Assembly (NCBI GenBank): GCA_964372175.1
Contig: CAYJPP010000004.1
Span: forward strand, 1 to 38,932
Length of the DNA: 38,932 nucleotides
Reading direction: 5' to 3'
Origin: an uncultured Muribaculaceae bacterium
Lineage (GTDB): Bacteria; Bacillota_I; Bacilli_A; RF39; UBA660
The notes beneath the pieces were generated by a model. It saw only the letters and a program-made list of their open reading frames with translations, was not told where the DNA came from and did no database searches. A program made the translations under genes and the position numbers. This document shows, one piece after another, positions 1 through 9,176 of the stretch. How positions within the stretch are numbered: the stretch's first letter is position 1; the number at the start of each line of letters is the position of its first letter.

Positions 1-33
1 ACAGCTATATATTTTACATATAGTTTTTTTCAT
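1..33 (-). CDS. 5' end of an unidentified gene running out of the window (MKKTICKIYSC...)
   Basis: cat at 31-33 is an ATG on the minus strand. A GGAGA Shine-Dalgarno (SD) motif lies at 38-42 (minus). Only 11 codons are visible. Confidence 0.3.
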   Translation of the reverse strand, partial: MKKTICKIYSC

Positions 34-117
34 TTAATCTCCATTATTAGTATGTGTTATTTGAAATTACTAATTCATAAAATAGGTTAATAAATAATAT
101 ATTTAATAGGTGATAGA

Positions 118-1005
118 ATGAGGATAGGTATTCCAAGAGGATTATATTACTATTATTATAAAGATTTATGGATAGAGTATTTTAAACAACTTAATTTAGA
201 GGTTGTAATAAGTAAAGCAACAGATAAAGAAATATTAAAATTAGGGGAAATGTACTCCCAAGATGAGATGTGCTTACCTCTTAAAATATACATGGGACAT
301 GTTGCTTATTTAAAAGATAAGTGTGATTATCTATTTATACCAGTATTTCAAAACTTTGGAAAAAATAATCATGTTTGTGGGAATTTTAAGGCATTATATA
401 GTTTAGTCAATAATTATTTTGATTTTGAAATTATTGATTGTGAGATTAATTATTTAAAGAAAATAAACTTAAAAAAATGTTTATTGATTGTAGGAGAAAA
501 ACTAGGATTGACAAAACAGTTTTGTTTAGATGCTTATAACGAGGCATATACCATATATGATAAAAACAATAAACTAAATATAGTTAAGAACAAAGCAAAA
601 TTACAAAGTAGTTTAAAAAAGGTATTAGTTATCGCTCATCCTTATTTAATGTATGATAAGTATTTAACTAATAATATATTAAATAATTTAAAAAAGCATT
701 TTGAAATTATAAATGCAAATTTATTTGAAGAAGAAGAATCTAATTTATATTCAAAACAAATTACCTTAGATTTATATTGGAAGTTTAATAAAGAATTAAT
801 TGGAGCAATCCCACAATGTCATAACGTTGATGGCATTGTTTTTATATCTGCTTTTCCATGTGGGAATGATAGTTTAGTCACAGAATTAGCGATAAAAAAA
901 ATATCTATACCTTATCTTAATTTAATATTAGATGATTTAGATAGTTTTTCTGGTATTGAAACTAGATTAGAAAGTTTTATTGATATTATTAAGGAGGGAG
1001 AATGA
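118..1005 (+). CDS. acyl-CoA dehydratase activase-related protein, DUF2229-like subunit 1
   Basis: N-terminus MRIGIPRGLYYYYY...DEMCLPLKIYMGHV is typical of the uncharacterised domain usually fused to BcrAD/BadFG activases. AGGTGA SD. ATGA overlap with the next gene. Confidence 0.7.
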   Translation: MRIGIPRGLYYYYYKDLWIEYFKQLNLEVVISKATDKEILKLGEMYSQDEMCLPLKIYMGHVAYLKDKCDYLFIPVFQNFGKNNHVCGNFKALYSLVNNYFDFEIIDCEINYLKKINLKKCLLIVGEKLGLTKQFCLDAYNEAYTIYDKNNKLNIVKNKAKLQSSLKKVLVIAHPYLMYDKYLTNNILNNLKKHFEIINANLFEEEESNLYSKQITLDLYWKFNKELIGAIPQCHNVDGIVFISAFPCGNDSLVTELAIKKISIPYLNLILDDLDSFSGIETRLESFIDIIKEGE

Positions 1006-2042
1006 AATTATCTTATCCAGTTATAGGAAACTATGAATTTATAGCATATTACTTTTTCAAAAATGTTTTAAATGTTGAAATAGTAAGACCTACACAAATA
1101 ACTAATAAGACTATCGAACTTGGTAATAAGTATAGTCCAGATTTTATATGTACACCTTTTAAATATACTTTGGGAACAATGATTGAAAACTGTGAAAATG
1201 GCGTTGATGTTATGTTACAGCTAGGTGGAGGGTGTAGGTATGGATATTATGCTGAGTTACAAGAAAAAATACTAAAAGAATTAGGATATAATATAACTAT
1301 ATACAACTTGATTGCAGGTGATATTGAATTTAAAAGAATAGTTAAAATACTAAAAAAACTAAATAAAAAGTTATCTATAATAAAAGTAGTTTATTATTTT
1401 TATATGACTTATTTAATGATTAAATATATGAATAAAGTTGATAGTTATATTAGAAGTAATATGGGATTTGAAATTGAAAAAAACAGTTTTTTAAACATTA
1501 AAGAAAAATTAGAAAATGAATTTTTAAAGATTAATAATCCTATTAAGTTGTATTGGATATATAAAAAATATTTAAAAAAAATAATGCAGGTTAAAATTAA
1601 TAAACCAGAAGCACCTTTGAAAGTGGGGATTATAGGTGAATTATACACATTAATGGAACCACACGCTAATTACGATATGGAAAAAATACTCGCAAGTTAT
1701 AAAATTGATATAACTAGATTTACTGATGTTAGTTATTTGTTGTTCAATAAAAAAAAGGTCTTAAAAAAATCTTTAAAATATAGCAAATATTTACTAGAAG
1801 CTGATGCATCTAGTAATATATATTGGACTAATTATATGATTAAAAATAACTATGATGGTATTATTCATATTAAATCATCTTTTTGTACACCTGAGATAGC
1901 AGATATACCAGTTATAACTAAAATGTGTAATGAGAACAATATGCCAATTATTAGTATGAGTTTTGATGTTAATACTAGTGAAGTAGGATTAAAAACAAGA
2001 TTAGAATCATTTTATGATATGTTAGAAATGAGGAGAAAATGA
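1002..2042 (+). CDS. acyl-CoA dehydratase activase-related protein, DUF2229-like subunit 2
   Basis: Motifs SPDFICTPFKYTLG and GGGCRYGYY resemble the second half of the DUF2229 region. Overlaps both neighbouring genes by 4 nt. Confidence 0.7.
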   Translation: MKLSYPVIGNYEFIAYYFFKNVLNVEIVRPTQITNKTIELGNKYSPDFICTPFKYTLGTMIENCENGVDVMLQLGGGCRYGYYAELQEKILKELGYNITIYNLIAGDIEFKRIVKILKKLNKKLSIIKVVYYFYMTYLMIKYMNKVDSYIRSNMGFEIEKNSFLNIKEKLENEFLKINNPIKLYWIYKKYLKKIMQVKINKPEAPLKVGIIGELYTLMEPHANYDMEKILASYKIDITRFTDVSYLLFNKKKVLKKSLKYSKYLLEADASSNIYWTNYMIKNNYDGIIHIKSSFCTPEIADIPVITKMCNENNMPIISMSFDVNTSEVGLKTRLESFYDMLEMRRK

Positions 2043-2968
2043 ATTGTTATTTAGGGATTGATATTGGCAGTATTTCAACTAAGGCGGTAATTACCAATGA
2101 TGATGATAGAATAATTATTAGTGATTATATATGGACTAATGCTAATCCAATTGAAGCAGTTAGGAAATTAATAACTAATTTAAAAAATAAATTACCAAAT
2201 AAATATATTTTAAAGGGAATAGGTACAACAGGATCAGCTAGAAAGCTAATTGGAATATTATTAGATGCAAATATAGTAAAAAATGAAATTATGGCTCATG
2301 CAGTAGGCACATTATCAAGATATAAAGATGTTAAAACAATTATAGAAATAGGGGGACAAGATTCTAAAATAATTTTACTTAATAATGGTATCATAACCGA
2401 TTATGCTATGAATACACTATGTGCGGCTGGAACAGGAGCATTTTTAACTAGTCAAGCTAAAAGATTAAAAATAGATATAAATGAGTTTGGAAAACTAGCT
2501 AGTAATAGTCCTGTTAAAATAGCTGCCAGATGTACTGTTTTTGCTGAATCTGATTTAATTCATAAGGCTCAAAGTGGATATAGTAAGGAAGACATAATAG
2601 CTGGTCTTTGCAAAAGTGTTGTTATTAACTACTTAAACAATGTTGGTAAGAATAAAAAAATATCCTCACCAATTATTTTTCAGGGTGGAGTATCTAAAAA
2701 TGAAGGTGTGGTTAAGTATTTTAAAGAAATATTAAATGAAGATATTATAATTGATAATGACAGTCATTTAATGGGAGCACTTGGGATGGCTATTTTGGCT
2801 AAAAAAAATAAAACTGATAAAGTTTATAATTTAGATATTAAAGATATTAAATTTAAAACAAAAGGTTATGAATGTTCTAGCTGTGGGAACAATTGTGAGT
2901 TAGTTAATATTTATAGAAATGATAAGCTAGTTGATGTTTTGGGTAGTAGATGTGATAAATTTGTATAA
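2039..2968 (+). CDS. BadF/BadG/BcrA/BcrD-type ATPase (HgdC-like CoA-enzyme activase) with Cys-rich C-terminal tail
   Basis: GIDIGSISTKAV phosphate-1 motif. Cluster cysteines in LCAAGTGAF and ARCTVFAESD. Tail is CSSCGNNCELV...RCDKF. Confidence 0.85.
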   Translation: MNCYLGIDIGSISTKAVITNDDDRIIISDYIWTNANPIEAVRKLITNLKNKLPNKYILKGIGTTGSARKLIGILLDANIVKNEIMAHAVGTLSRYKDVKTIIEIGGQDSKIILLNNGIITDYAMNTLCAAGTGAFLTSQAKRLKIDINEFGKLASNSPVKIAARCTVFAESDLIHKAQSGYSKEDIIAGLCKSVVINYLNNVGKNKKISSPIIFQGGVSKNEGVVKYFKEILNEDIIIDNDSHLMGALGMAILAKKNKTDKVYNLDIKDIKFKTKGYECSSCGNNCELVNIYRNDKLVDVLGSRCDKFV

Positions 2969-2995
2969 AAAAAGACTATCGTTCAGAATGTCTTT
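2967..2995 (-). terminator. candidate intrinsic terminator of the small minus-strand ORF
   Basis: AAAGAC/GTCTTT stem (2971-2976 / 2990-2995) with a 13-nt loop, followed on the minus strand by a T-run. The long loop lowers confidence. Confidence 0.4.
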
Positions 2996-3170
2996 GATGA
3001 ACCATTTGTTTATCAGGTTCTGATTTTTTTGAACCATAAACATATTCTAACGCTGAATGTGCTCTGGTAACATTATTATAGTTTACAGGTAACCCTTTTT
3101 CATTATTTCTTTTTTCATGATCCAGTATCAACATAGCTTCTCTTACTACTTGTCTAATTGTTTCACTCAT
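2976..3170 (-). CDS. small hypothetical protein (64 aa)
   Basis: Strong SD GGAGGTGA 5 nt upstream of the ATG on the minus strand. An in-frame stop lies 8 codons upstream of the ATG. Visibly more G+C than the flanks. A hairpin plus T-run follows. Confidence 0.45.
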   Translation of the reverse strand: MSETIRQVVREAMLILDHEKRNNEKGLPVNYNNVTRAHSALEYVYGSKKSEPDKQMVHQRHSER

Positions 3171-3327
3171 ATTCTCACCTCCGTTAACAACATATTATAT
3201 GCGAGATATAATATATTATTACATATTTTTATAACAGTACTTAAATACTTCTTCCCCTTTTTAGTAAAGGACTTGTATTGTATCATATTAAAAAAACGTT
3301 GTCAAATTAAAATATTTGTGAAATATA

Positions 3328-3356
3328 TTGACATATAAATGATTATAGTGTATAAC
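3328..3356 (+). promoter_or_regulatory. sigma-A-type promoter upstream of topA
   Basis: TTGACA (3328-3333), 17-nt spacer, TATAAC (3351-3356). Lies about 20 nt upstream of the topA SD. Confidence 0.55.
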
Positions 3357-3377
3357 TTATTAATGAGGAAGGTGCAT

Positions 3378-5384
3378 ATGAATTTAATTATAGTCGAATC
3401 TCCTAGTAAAAGTAAAACTATTGAGAAATATTTAGGCTCTGATTACAAAGTTTTATCTAGTAAAGGGCATATTAGAGATTTATCTACGAAAGGAAAATTT
3501 GGATTAGGTGTTGATTTAGAAGACAATTTTAAACCAGATTATGTTTCAATAAAAGGTAAGTCTAAACTAATAACAGAGTTGAAAAAAGAAGTTAAAAATG
3601 CAGATATGGTATATTTAGCAACAGATCCCGATCGTGAGGGTGAAGCTATTTCTTGGCATTTATTTGATGCTTTAGGATTAAAAAAATATGAGCGTATAGT
3701 CTTCAATGAAATAACAAAAACAGCAGTTGTTAATAGTTTTAAAAGCGCGAGGCAAATTGATAATGATTTAGTGAATTCACAAGAAACTAGACGTATTTTA
3801 GATAGAATAATTGGTTTTAGATTAAGTAAACTAATGCAAGCCAAAACAGACGGAAAATCGGCTGGTAGAGTTCAATCAGTTGCTTTAAAATTAATTGTTG
3901 AAAAAGAACGTGAAATAGAAGCGTTTAACGCAGAAGAATATTGGTCTATAACAGGGGAATTTGATTTATTTAACGCTAATTTGTTTCAATATGATAATAA
4001 AGATATTGAGTTAAAAACAGAAGAGCAAGTTGATAAAATAATGAATGTTTTGACAAATAAGTTTATTGTTGTAAGTGTTGATAAAAAAAATAAAGCTAAA
4101 AAAGCGAACCCACCATTTATAACAAGTACCTTACAGCGATTAGCGTCATCTAAATTAGGTTTCAACGCTAAAAAAACAATGATGGTTGCTCAAAAGTTAT
4201 ATGAAGGTATTGAACTAGAAAGTGAAACAACAGGATTAATATCTTATATGCGTACTGATTCTATTAGACTATCAGATGAATTTATAAAAAGTACTTATGC
4301 ATATATAGGAAATAAGTATGGTAAAGAATATATTGGGTATGTAAAACAGAGTAAAAATAAAGATAATGTTCAGGATGCACATGAGGCAATAAGACCAACT
4401 AATATTAATAATACTCCGGAAAGTGTTAAACCTTATTTAAGTGATGATGAATTTAAATTATATCGCATGATTTATTATAGAGCTTTAGCCAGTTTAATGA
4501 ATGATGCTAAAACTGATAACACAACTGTTATATTAGATAATAATAACTATCAGTTCAAAGCAAATGGTCAAGTTATTGTTTTCGATGGTTATTTAAAAGT
4601 GTACAGTGACTATGAAGATACAAAAGAAAATAATCTACCTAATTTTGATAAAGAAATTACTTCAAATGATATTATTAAAGAACAACATTTTACGAAACCA
4701 CCAGCAAGATATTCAGAAGCATCTTTAATTGCTGAAATGGAAAAGTTAGGAATAGGAAGACCATCTACTTATGCATCAACGGTAGATACCTTAAAAAACA
4801 GATCCTATGTTAATATAGTAGAAAAAAGATTTCATCCAACAGAAATAGGTATAGAAATTACTGATAAATTAGCAGAATGCTTCTCTCATATTATAAACGT
4901 TGAATACACAGCTAATATGGAAGAGCAATTAGATGATATTTCAGAAGGAAAATTAGTATGGTATGAAACATTAGACAAATTTTATAAAGATTTCGAACCA
5001 GCTTTAAAAGAAGCATTTGACAAATTGCCTAAAAAAGAAGCACAAAAAACAGGTGAAGTTTGCCCAGACTGCGGGAATGATTTAGTTATTAGAAAAGGGC
5101 GCTATGGGGATTTTACGGCATGTAGTAATTACCCAGAATGTAAGCATGTTAAACAAGAAAAAAAAGAGGAAAAAGAAATAGTTGATTGTCCTAATTGTGA
5201 TGGTAAAATAATTGAAAGAACATCTAAAAGAGGGAAAATATTTTATGGTTGTAATAACTTTCCTAAATGTAAAACAGCTTTTTGGGATCAACCGATAGCA
5301 GAAAAATGTCCGCAATGTAATAGCTTATTAACAGTTAAAAAAGATGAAACAAAATGTTCATCTTGTGAATATATTAAGGTGTAA
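3378..5384 (+). CDS. topA: DNA topoisomerase I
   Basis: Toprim N-terminus LIIVESPSKSKTIEKYLG. Active-site ISYMRTDS. Three C-terminal C4 zinc ribbons. Start moved to the ATG at 3378, which follows GAGGAAGGTG. Confidence 0.95.
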   Translation: MNLIIVESPSKSKTIEKYLGSDYKVLSSKGHIRDLSTKGKFGLGVDLEDNFKPDYVSIKGKSKLITELKKEVKNADMVYLATDPDREGEAISWHLFDALGLKKYERIVFNEITKTAVVNSFKSARQIDNDLVNSQETRRILDRIIGFRLSKLMQAKTDGKSAGRVQSVALKLIVEKEREIEAFNAEEYWSITGEFDLFNANLFQYDNKDIELKTEEQVDKIMNVLTNKFIVVSVDKKNKAKKANPPFITSTLQRLASSKLGFNAKKTMMVAQKLYEGIELESETTGLISYMRTDSIRLSDEFIKSTYAYIGNKYGKEYIGYVKQSKNKDNVQDAHEAIRPTNINNTPESVKPYLSDDEFKLYRMIYYRALASLMNDAKTDNTTVILDNNNYQFKANGQVIVFDGYLKVYSDYEDTKENNLPNFDKEITSNDIIKEQHFTKPPARYSEASLIAEMEKLGIGRPSTYASTVDTLKNRSYVNIVEKRFHPTEIGIEITDKLAECFSHIINVEYTANMEEQLDDISEGKLVWYETLDKFYKDFEPALKEAFDKLPKKEAQKTGEVCPDCGNDLVIRKGRYGDFTACSNYPECKHVKQEKKEEKEIVDCPNCDGKIIERTSKRGKIFYGCNNFPKCKTAFWDQPIAEKCPQCNSLLTVKKDETKCSSCEYIKV

Positions 5385-5388
5385 TATA

Positions 5389-5709
5389 ATGAAAATTAGA
5401 ATTACATTAAATAATGAAAATAAAATTTATGAGTGTATAAAAAATAATCATATTTACAATTATAAAGATGAGGATGTTTTAGTGGCGATTGATGTAGTTA
5501 ACAATGTTATTGTAAGAAAAAGTATTGATTATGAGGTTTGTTTAAAGTTTAAAATAGATGAAGTTACTAACAATAATTGTTTATATAATAATAATGAATT
5601 CGTTTTAGAAGTAAAAACATATGAAATAGATACAGAACCTTATTATATAAAATATGAAATATTAGGTGGAGAAACAATTGAATTAAAATTGGAGGAAATA
5701 GATGATTGA
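5389..5709 (+). CDS. small conserved protein, probably DUF1934/YwiB-like
   Basis: AAGGTG SD lies inside the topA 3' end. Sits immediately upstream of argS and overlaps it, as ywiB does in Bacillus. The sequence resemblance itself is weak. Confidence 0.55.
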   Translation: MKIRITLNNENKIYECIKNNHIYNYKDEDVLVAIDVVNNVIVRKSIDYEVCLKFKIDEVTNNNCLYNNNEFVLEVKTYEIDTEPYYIKYEILGGETIELKLEEIDD

Positions 5710-7390
5710 AAAGTTACAAAAAATATTAAAAAAGAGTTTTAATGAATGTGGATATAATATTGACCCTAAGGTAATTATATCTAATCGTCCAACTTTATGT
5801 GATTATCAATGTGATGAGGCTTTTAAACTAGCTAGTAGTTGTAAAAAATCTCCAATTGAAATCGGTCAAGAAGTAGTTGCAAATATTAATAGTCTTTCTG
5901 ATTTTAATAAATTGTTTAGTAAAGTGGAATTTATAAAACCAGGTTTTATAAATATTAGTTTAAGTGACGATTTTATTAATGAGACTATATCTTCTATGTA
6001 TAATAATGAGTATTTTGATATTAAGAGAACGGATAATCCTAAGAATTATTTTTTAGACTATGGAGGACCTAATGTTGCTAAACCATTGCATGTTGGCCAT
6101 TTACGAACTGCTATAATAGGTGAATCAATTAAAAGGATTATAAAGTTTAAAGGCCATAATACATTAGCGGATGTCCATTTAGGTGATTTCGGATTACAAA
6201 TTGGGCAAGTAATTTATGCTGTTTTAGAAGATGGATTAAAAATAGAAGAAATTGATTTAAAGTATTTAGATGAAGTATACCCTAAAATGAGTAAACTTTG
6301 TAAAGAAGATAAAGAATTACTTGAAAAGTGTGCCTCAATCACTAAAAAATTGCAAGATGGTAACAATGAATATGAACTGATTTGGAAAAAAATATGTGAA
6401 GTATCAGTTGGAGACATTAAAAGGTTGTATAATTATTTAGATGTCGAGTTTGATTTTTGGTATGGTGAGAGTGATGGATATAAATATATAAAAGAAATCA
6501 CAGATTTATTAAATCAAAAGAAATTACTAAAACTTAGCGATGGGGCGCAAATTATTGAAGTTAATGAAGATACAGATAAATTAGAGATACCACCCTTGGT
6601 ATTTCAAAAGAGTAATGGTGCATATTTATATGGAACAACAGATTTAGCCTCTATTTATGAGCGTGTGACTAAGTATGCATCAGATAATATCTTATATATT
6701 GTAGATAACAGACAATCATTACATTTTAAACAATTATTTAGAGTCTGTAATAAATTGGGAATAAATGCTAATTTGCAACATTTACCGTATGGAACTGTAA
6801 ATGGCAGTGATGGTAAACCGTTTAAAACGAGAAGCGGTGACGCATTTAAGTTAGATGACCTGTTTAAAGAAATAAAAGAATTTTTTGTCAATTCAAAAGA
6901 AACAAACAAAGATATGAGCGATGAGGATGTTAATATAATTATAAATTCTATTATTAAATATGCTGATTTACAAAATAATAGAGAAAAAGACTATATATTT
7001 GATATTGAAAAATTTTCAAATGTTGTTGGTAAAACAGGACCATATTTATTATATACATATGTCAGAATGGAAAAAATATTAAAAAATGAAGAATTAAATA
7101 TTGCTAATTTCAATAATATAATATATAATGTTATAGACCGTGATTTAAGAATAAAAATATTACAATTAGAAAACTCTTTTGAACTAGCTTTTAAAGAAAA
7201 AAAACCTAATTATATTGCTGAATATATATATGATTTAGCTGTATGTTGTAATAGTTTTTATCAAGCAAATCATATTAACGGTTTAGAAGATGATGTGAAA
7301 CAACAATGGTTATTATTAATAGATTTAACTAATAAAATAATTAAAGAATTATTAAATTTATTAATTATTGATGTTCCGTCACAAATGTAG
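5702..7390 (+). CDS. argS: arginine--tRNA ligase
   Basis: HIGH-type motif PLHVGHLR. Class I ArgS length and overall pattern. C-terminal DALR-like anticodon-binding region. Confidence 0.95.
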   Translation: MIEKLQKILKKSFNECGYNIDPKVIISNRPTLCDYQCDEAFKLASSCKKSPIEIGQEVVANINSLSDFNKLFSKVEFIKPGFINISLSDDFINETISSMYNNEYFDIKRTDNPKNYFLDYGGPNVAKPLHVGHLRTAIIGESIKRIIKFKGHNTLADVHLGDFGLQIGQVIYAVLEDGLKIEEIDLKYLDEVYPKMSKLCKEDKELLEKCASITKKLQDGNNEYELIWKKICEVSVGDIKRLYNYLDVEFDFWYGESDGYKYIKEITDLLNQKKLLKLSDGAQIIEVNEDTDKLEIPPLVFQKSNGAYLYGTTDLASIYERVTKYASDNILYIVDNRQSLHFKQLFRVCNKLGINANLQHLPYGTVNGSDGKPFKTRSGDAFKLDDLFKEIKEFFVNSKETNKDMSDEDVNIIINSIIKYADLQNNREKDYIFDIEKFSNVVGKTGPYLLYTYVRMEKILKNEELNIANFNNIIYNVIDRDLRIKILQLENSFELAFKEKKPNYIAEYIYDLAVCCNSFYQANHINGLEDDVKQQWLLLIDLTNKIIKELLNLLIIDVPSQM

Positions 7391-7444
7391 ACAATTTTTT
7401 TAATAAAATACATAATATAATTATAGTTAAAGTGGAGGTAATTA

Positions 7445-7849
7445 ATGAAACTTAAAAATATGAAAAAAGAAGAATTAGAGATTATGTCTTATACTGATTT
7501 GACAGAAATGATTTTAAAAGAAGAAAAAAAATCTTTAACAACACCTGATATATTTAAAAAGATTTGTGAATTATTAGAATACTCAGATGATCAGTTTTCA
7601 GAAAAAATAGGAGACTTTTATACTTCTCTAACGCTTGATAAAAGATTTGCATTCTTGGATAATAATAAATGGGATTTAAGAGAAAAGCATGCTGTTGTTT
7701 TATCAATTGATGAAGATGAAGAAGAAATTATTGATGAGGTTGAAGAAGAATTAGAAGAAGAAATCATTGATGAAGAAGTAGATGATTTAAATGATGATAT
7801 GGTTGAAGATTTAACGATAGTAACAGAAGATGAATTAGATGAAGACTAA
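7445..7849 (+). CDS. rpoE: DNA-directed RNA polymerase delta subunit
   Basis: HARE-HTH-like N-terminal half (SYTDLTEMILKE...FYTSLTLDKRFAFLDNNKWDLREKH) plus a poly-acidic D/E tail. GGAGGT SD. Confidence 0.85.
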   Translation: MKLKNMKKEELEIMSYTDLTEMILKEEKKSLTTPDIFKKICELLEYSDDQFSEKIGDFYTSLTLDKRFAFLDNNKWDLREKHAVVLSIDEDEEEIIDEVEEELEEEIIDEEVDDLNDDMVEDLTIVTEDELDED

Positions 7850-7859
7850 TTCTTTTTTA

Positions 7860-7888
7860 TTGACAATTTAAGTATTATAAAATATACT
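7860..7888 (+). promoter_or_regulatory. candidate promoter for the ASCH-PHP-MBL-YaiI operon
   Basis: TTGACA (7860-7865), 17 nt, TATACT (7883-7888). The predicted transcription start falls almost on the SD, so read-through from rpoE is an alternative. Confidence 0.4.
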
Positions 7889-7903
7889 TATAATGAGGTG
7901 AAT

Positions 7904-8296
7904 ATGAAAGTATTGAGTATAAAACAGCCGTGGGCTAGTTTAATAGTAAATGGTTATAAAGAATATGAATTTAGAAGTTGGAAAACAAAATTTAGAGGAG
8001 ATATATTAATTCATGCTTCACTTGGTGTTGAAACAGATGTTATTAATAGTTTTAATGAATATAATTTAGATTACCCAACAGGTGTTATTATAGGAAGGTG
8101 TACAATAACAGATTGCGTAGAAGTTAGTGGAGAGTTTGAAGATAATTTGATTTTAAAAAATGAATTAGTTTATGGATTATCAAAAGGACGAGCAAGTTAT
8201 GGATTTAAATTAGATAATATTAAAAAATTTAATAATCCAATTACAGCAAAAGGACAATTAGGTTTTTGGAATTATGAAGGAGAGTTAGATGATTGA
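7904..8296 (+). CDS. ASCH (PUA-like) domain protein
   Basis: MKVLSIKQPWASLIVNGYKEYEFRSW is the typical ASCH N-terminus. Small beta-barrel size. Confidence 0.8.
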   Translation: MKVLSIKQPWASLIVNGYKEYEFRSWKTKFRGDILIHASLGVETDVINSFNEYNLDYPTGVIIGRCTITDCVEVSGEFEDNLILKNELVYGLSKGRASYGFKLDNIKKFNNPITAKGQLGFWNYEGELDD

Positions 8297-9176
8297 TTTA
8301 CACATGCATACAACATATTCAGATGGAACTGAGAGTGTGGAAGAGGTTCTAAAAAGGTGTGAAGAAAAGAAACTGGAAATTATATCCATAACAGATCATG
8401 ATACGTGTGGTGCGTATTATGAATTAGAAAACAACAAAATTAGAAGTTTGTTTAAAGGTGAAATTTTAACAGGGGTTGAAATCACTACATCATTTGATAA
8501 GCAACGTATTGAATTATTAGCTTATAATTTTAAAAATTATAAAAAAATTCATGAATATTTAAAAGAAGCTAATGACATAGATTTAAAACAAGTTTATGAG
8601 GACGCTAGAAAAAGGTTATTAGGGATTTTTGATGGCTTAGGACTTAAATATGCTGATAAGTTTAAAACAGATTTATATATGGATAAATATGAATTTTATT
8701 TGTATTTATCTGTTCAAGAAAATAACAAGAATGTAAAAGAAGTTATGAAAGACGAATATTGTGAACGAACATCTGCTTTTTTCAGAAAATGTATTAGTAA
8801 CCCTAACAGTATATTTTTTCTTAATTATAGTCAATATCGGCCTGATATAAGTGATATTATTAATATTATTCATGAAGATGGTGGGATTTTATTTTTAGCG
8901 CATCCATTTAGTTATGGGATAGATAATGTCGAAAAATTTATCAATGAGTTATATGATAACTATGATATAGATGGTATTGAAGTTTATCATTCTTTTGCAA
9001 GCAAAGAAAACATTATGTATTTAACTAATTTCGCTAATGAGAGAAACTTATTGATTTCAGGTGGTTCTGATTACCACGGTATTTCAAGACCTCATATAAA
9101 ATTAGGTGAATTATATTCAAGTGATTATTATATTGTGAAAGAAATAATTGATGATTGGAAATGTATAAATGATTAA
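8289..9176 (+). CDS. PHP-family phosphoesterase, TrpH/YciV (RNase AM)-like
   Basis: IDLHMHTTYSDG, ISITDHDT and GGSDYHG metal-site motifs. The 295-aa length matches TrpH-type PHP proteins. 8-nt overlap with the ASCH gene. Confidence 0.85.
   Translation: MIDLHMHTTYSDGTESVEEVLKRCEEKKLEIISITDHDTCGAYYELENNKIRSLFKGEILTGVEITTSFDKQRIELLAYNFKNYKKIHEYLKEANDIDLKQVYEDARKRLLGIFDGLGLKYADKFKTDLYMDKYEFYLYLSVQENNKNVKEVMKDEYCERTSAFFRKCISNPNSIFFLNYSQYRPDISDIINIIHEDGGILFLAHPFSYGIDNVEKFINELYDNYDIDGIEVYHSFASKENIMYLTNFANERNLLISGGSDYHGISRPHIKLGELYSSDYYIVKEIIDDWKCIND

Noticed and set aside
2976-3170. Calling the 64-aa ORF an IS/transposase remnant (mobile element)
   Set aside because: Only a single short motif (RAHSALEY) resembles an integrase tail. 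No inverted repeats, no further transposase sequence and no upstream frame continuity are present, because an in-frame stop lies 8 codons upstream. It is kept as a hypothetical small CDS.
3117-3338. 73-aa plus-strand ORF in the topA upstream region
   Set aside because: It overlaps the better-supported minus-strand small ORF and the topA promoter. It has no SD, and its product is hydrophobic and low-complexity.
3339-3377. 5' extensions of track ORFs (3339, 5344, 7898, 11316, 16511, 18679, 19753, 20254, 23624, 24609, 30238)
   Set aside because: In each case a downstream ATG follows a clear SD at proper spacing and matches the conserved N-terminus of the family. The upstream start either overlaps the SD or the preceding gene.
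5385-5701. T-box riboswitch upstream of argS
   Set aside because: The space is fully occupied by a coding sequence that overlaps argS. No specifier-loop or terminator-antiterminator structure can fit.
7711-7846. GAA/GAT-rich repetitive DNA at the rpoE 3' end as a microsatellite or repeat element
   Set aside because: It encodes the expected poly-acidic tail of the RNA polymerase delta subunit. It is imperfect and in frame.
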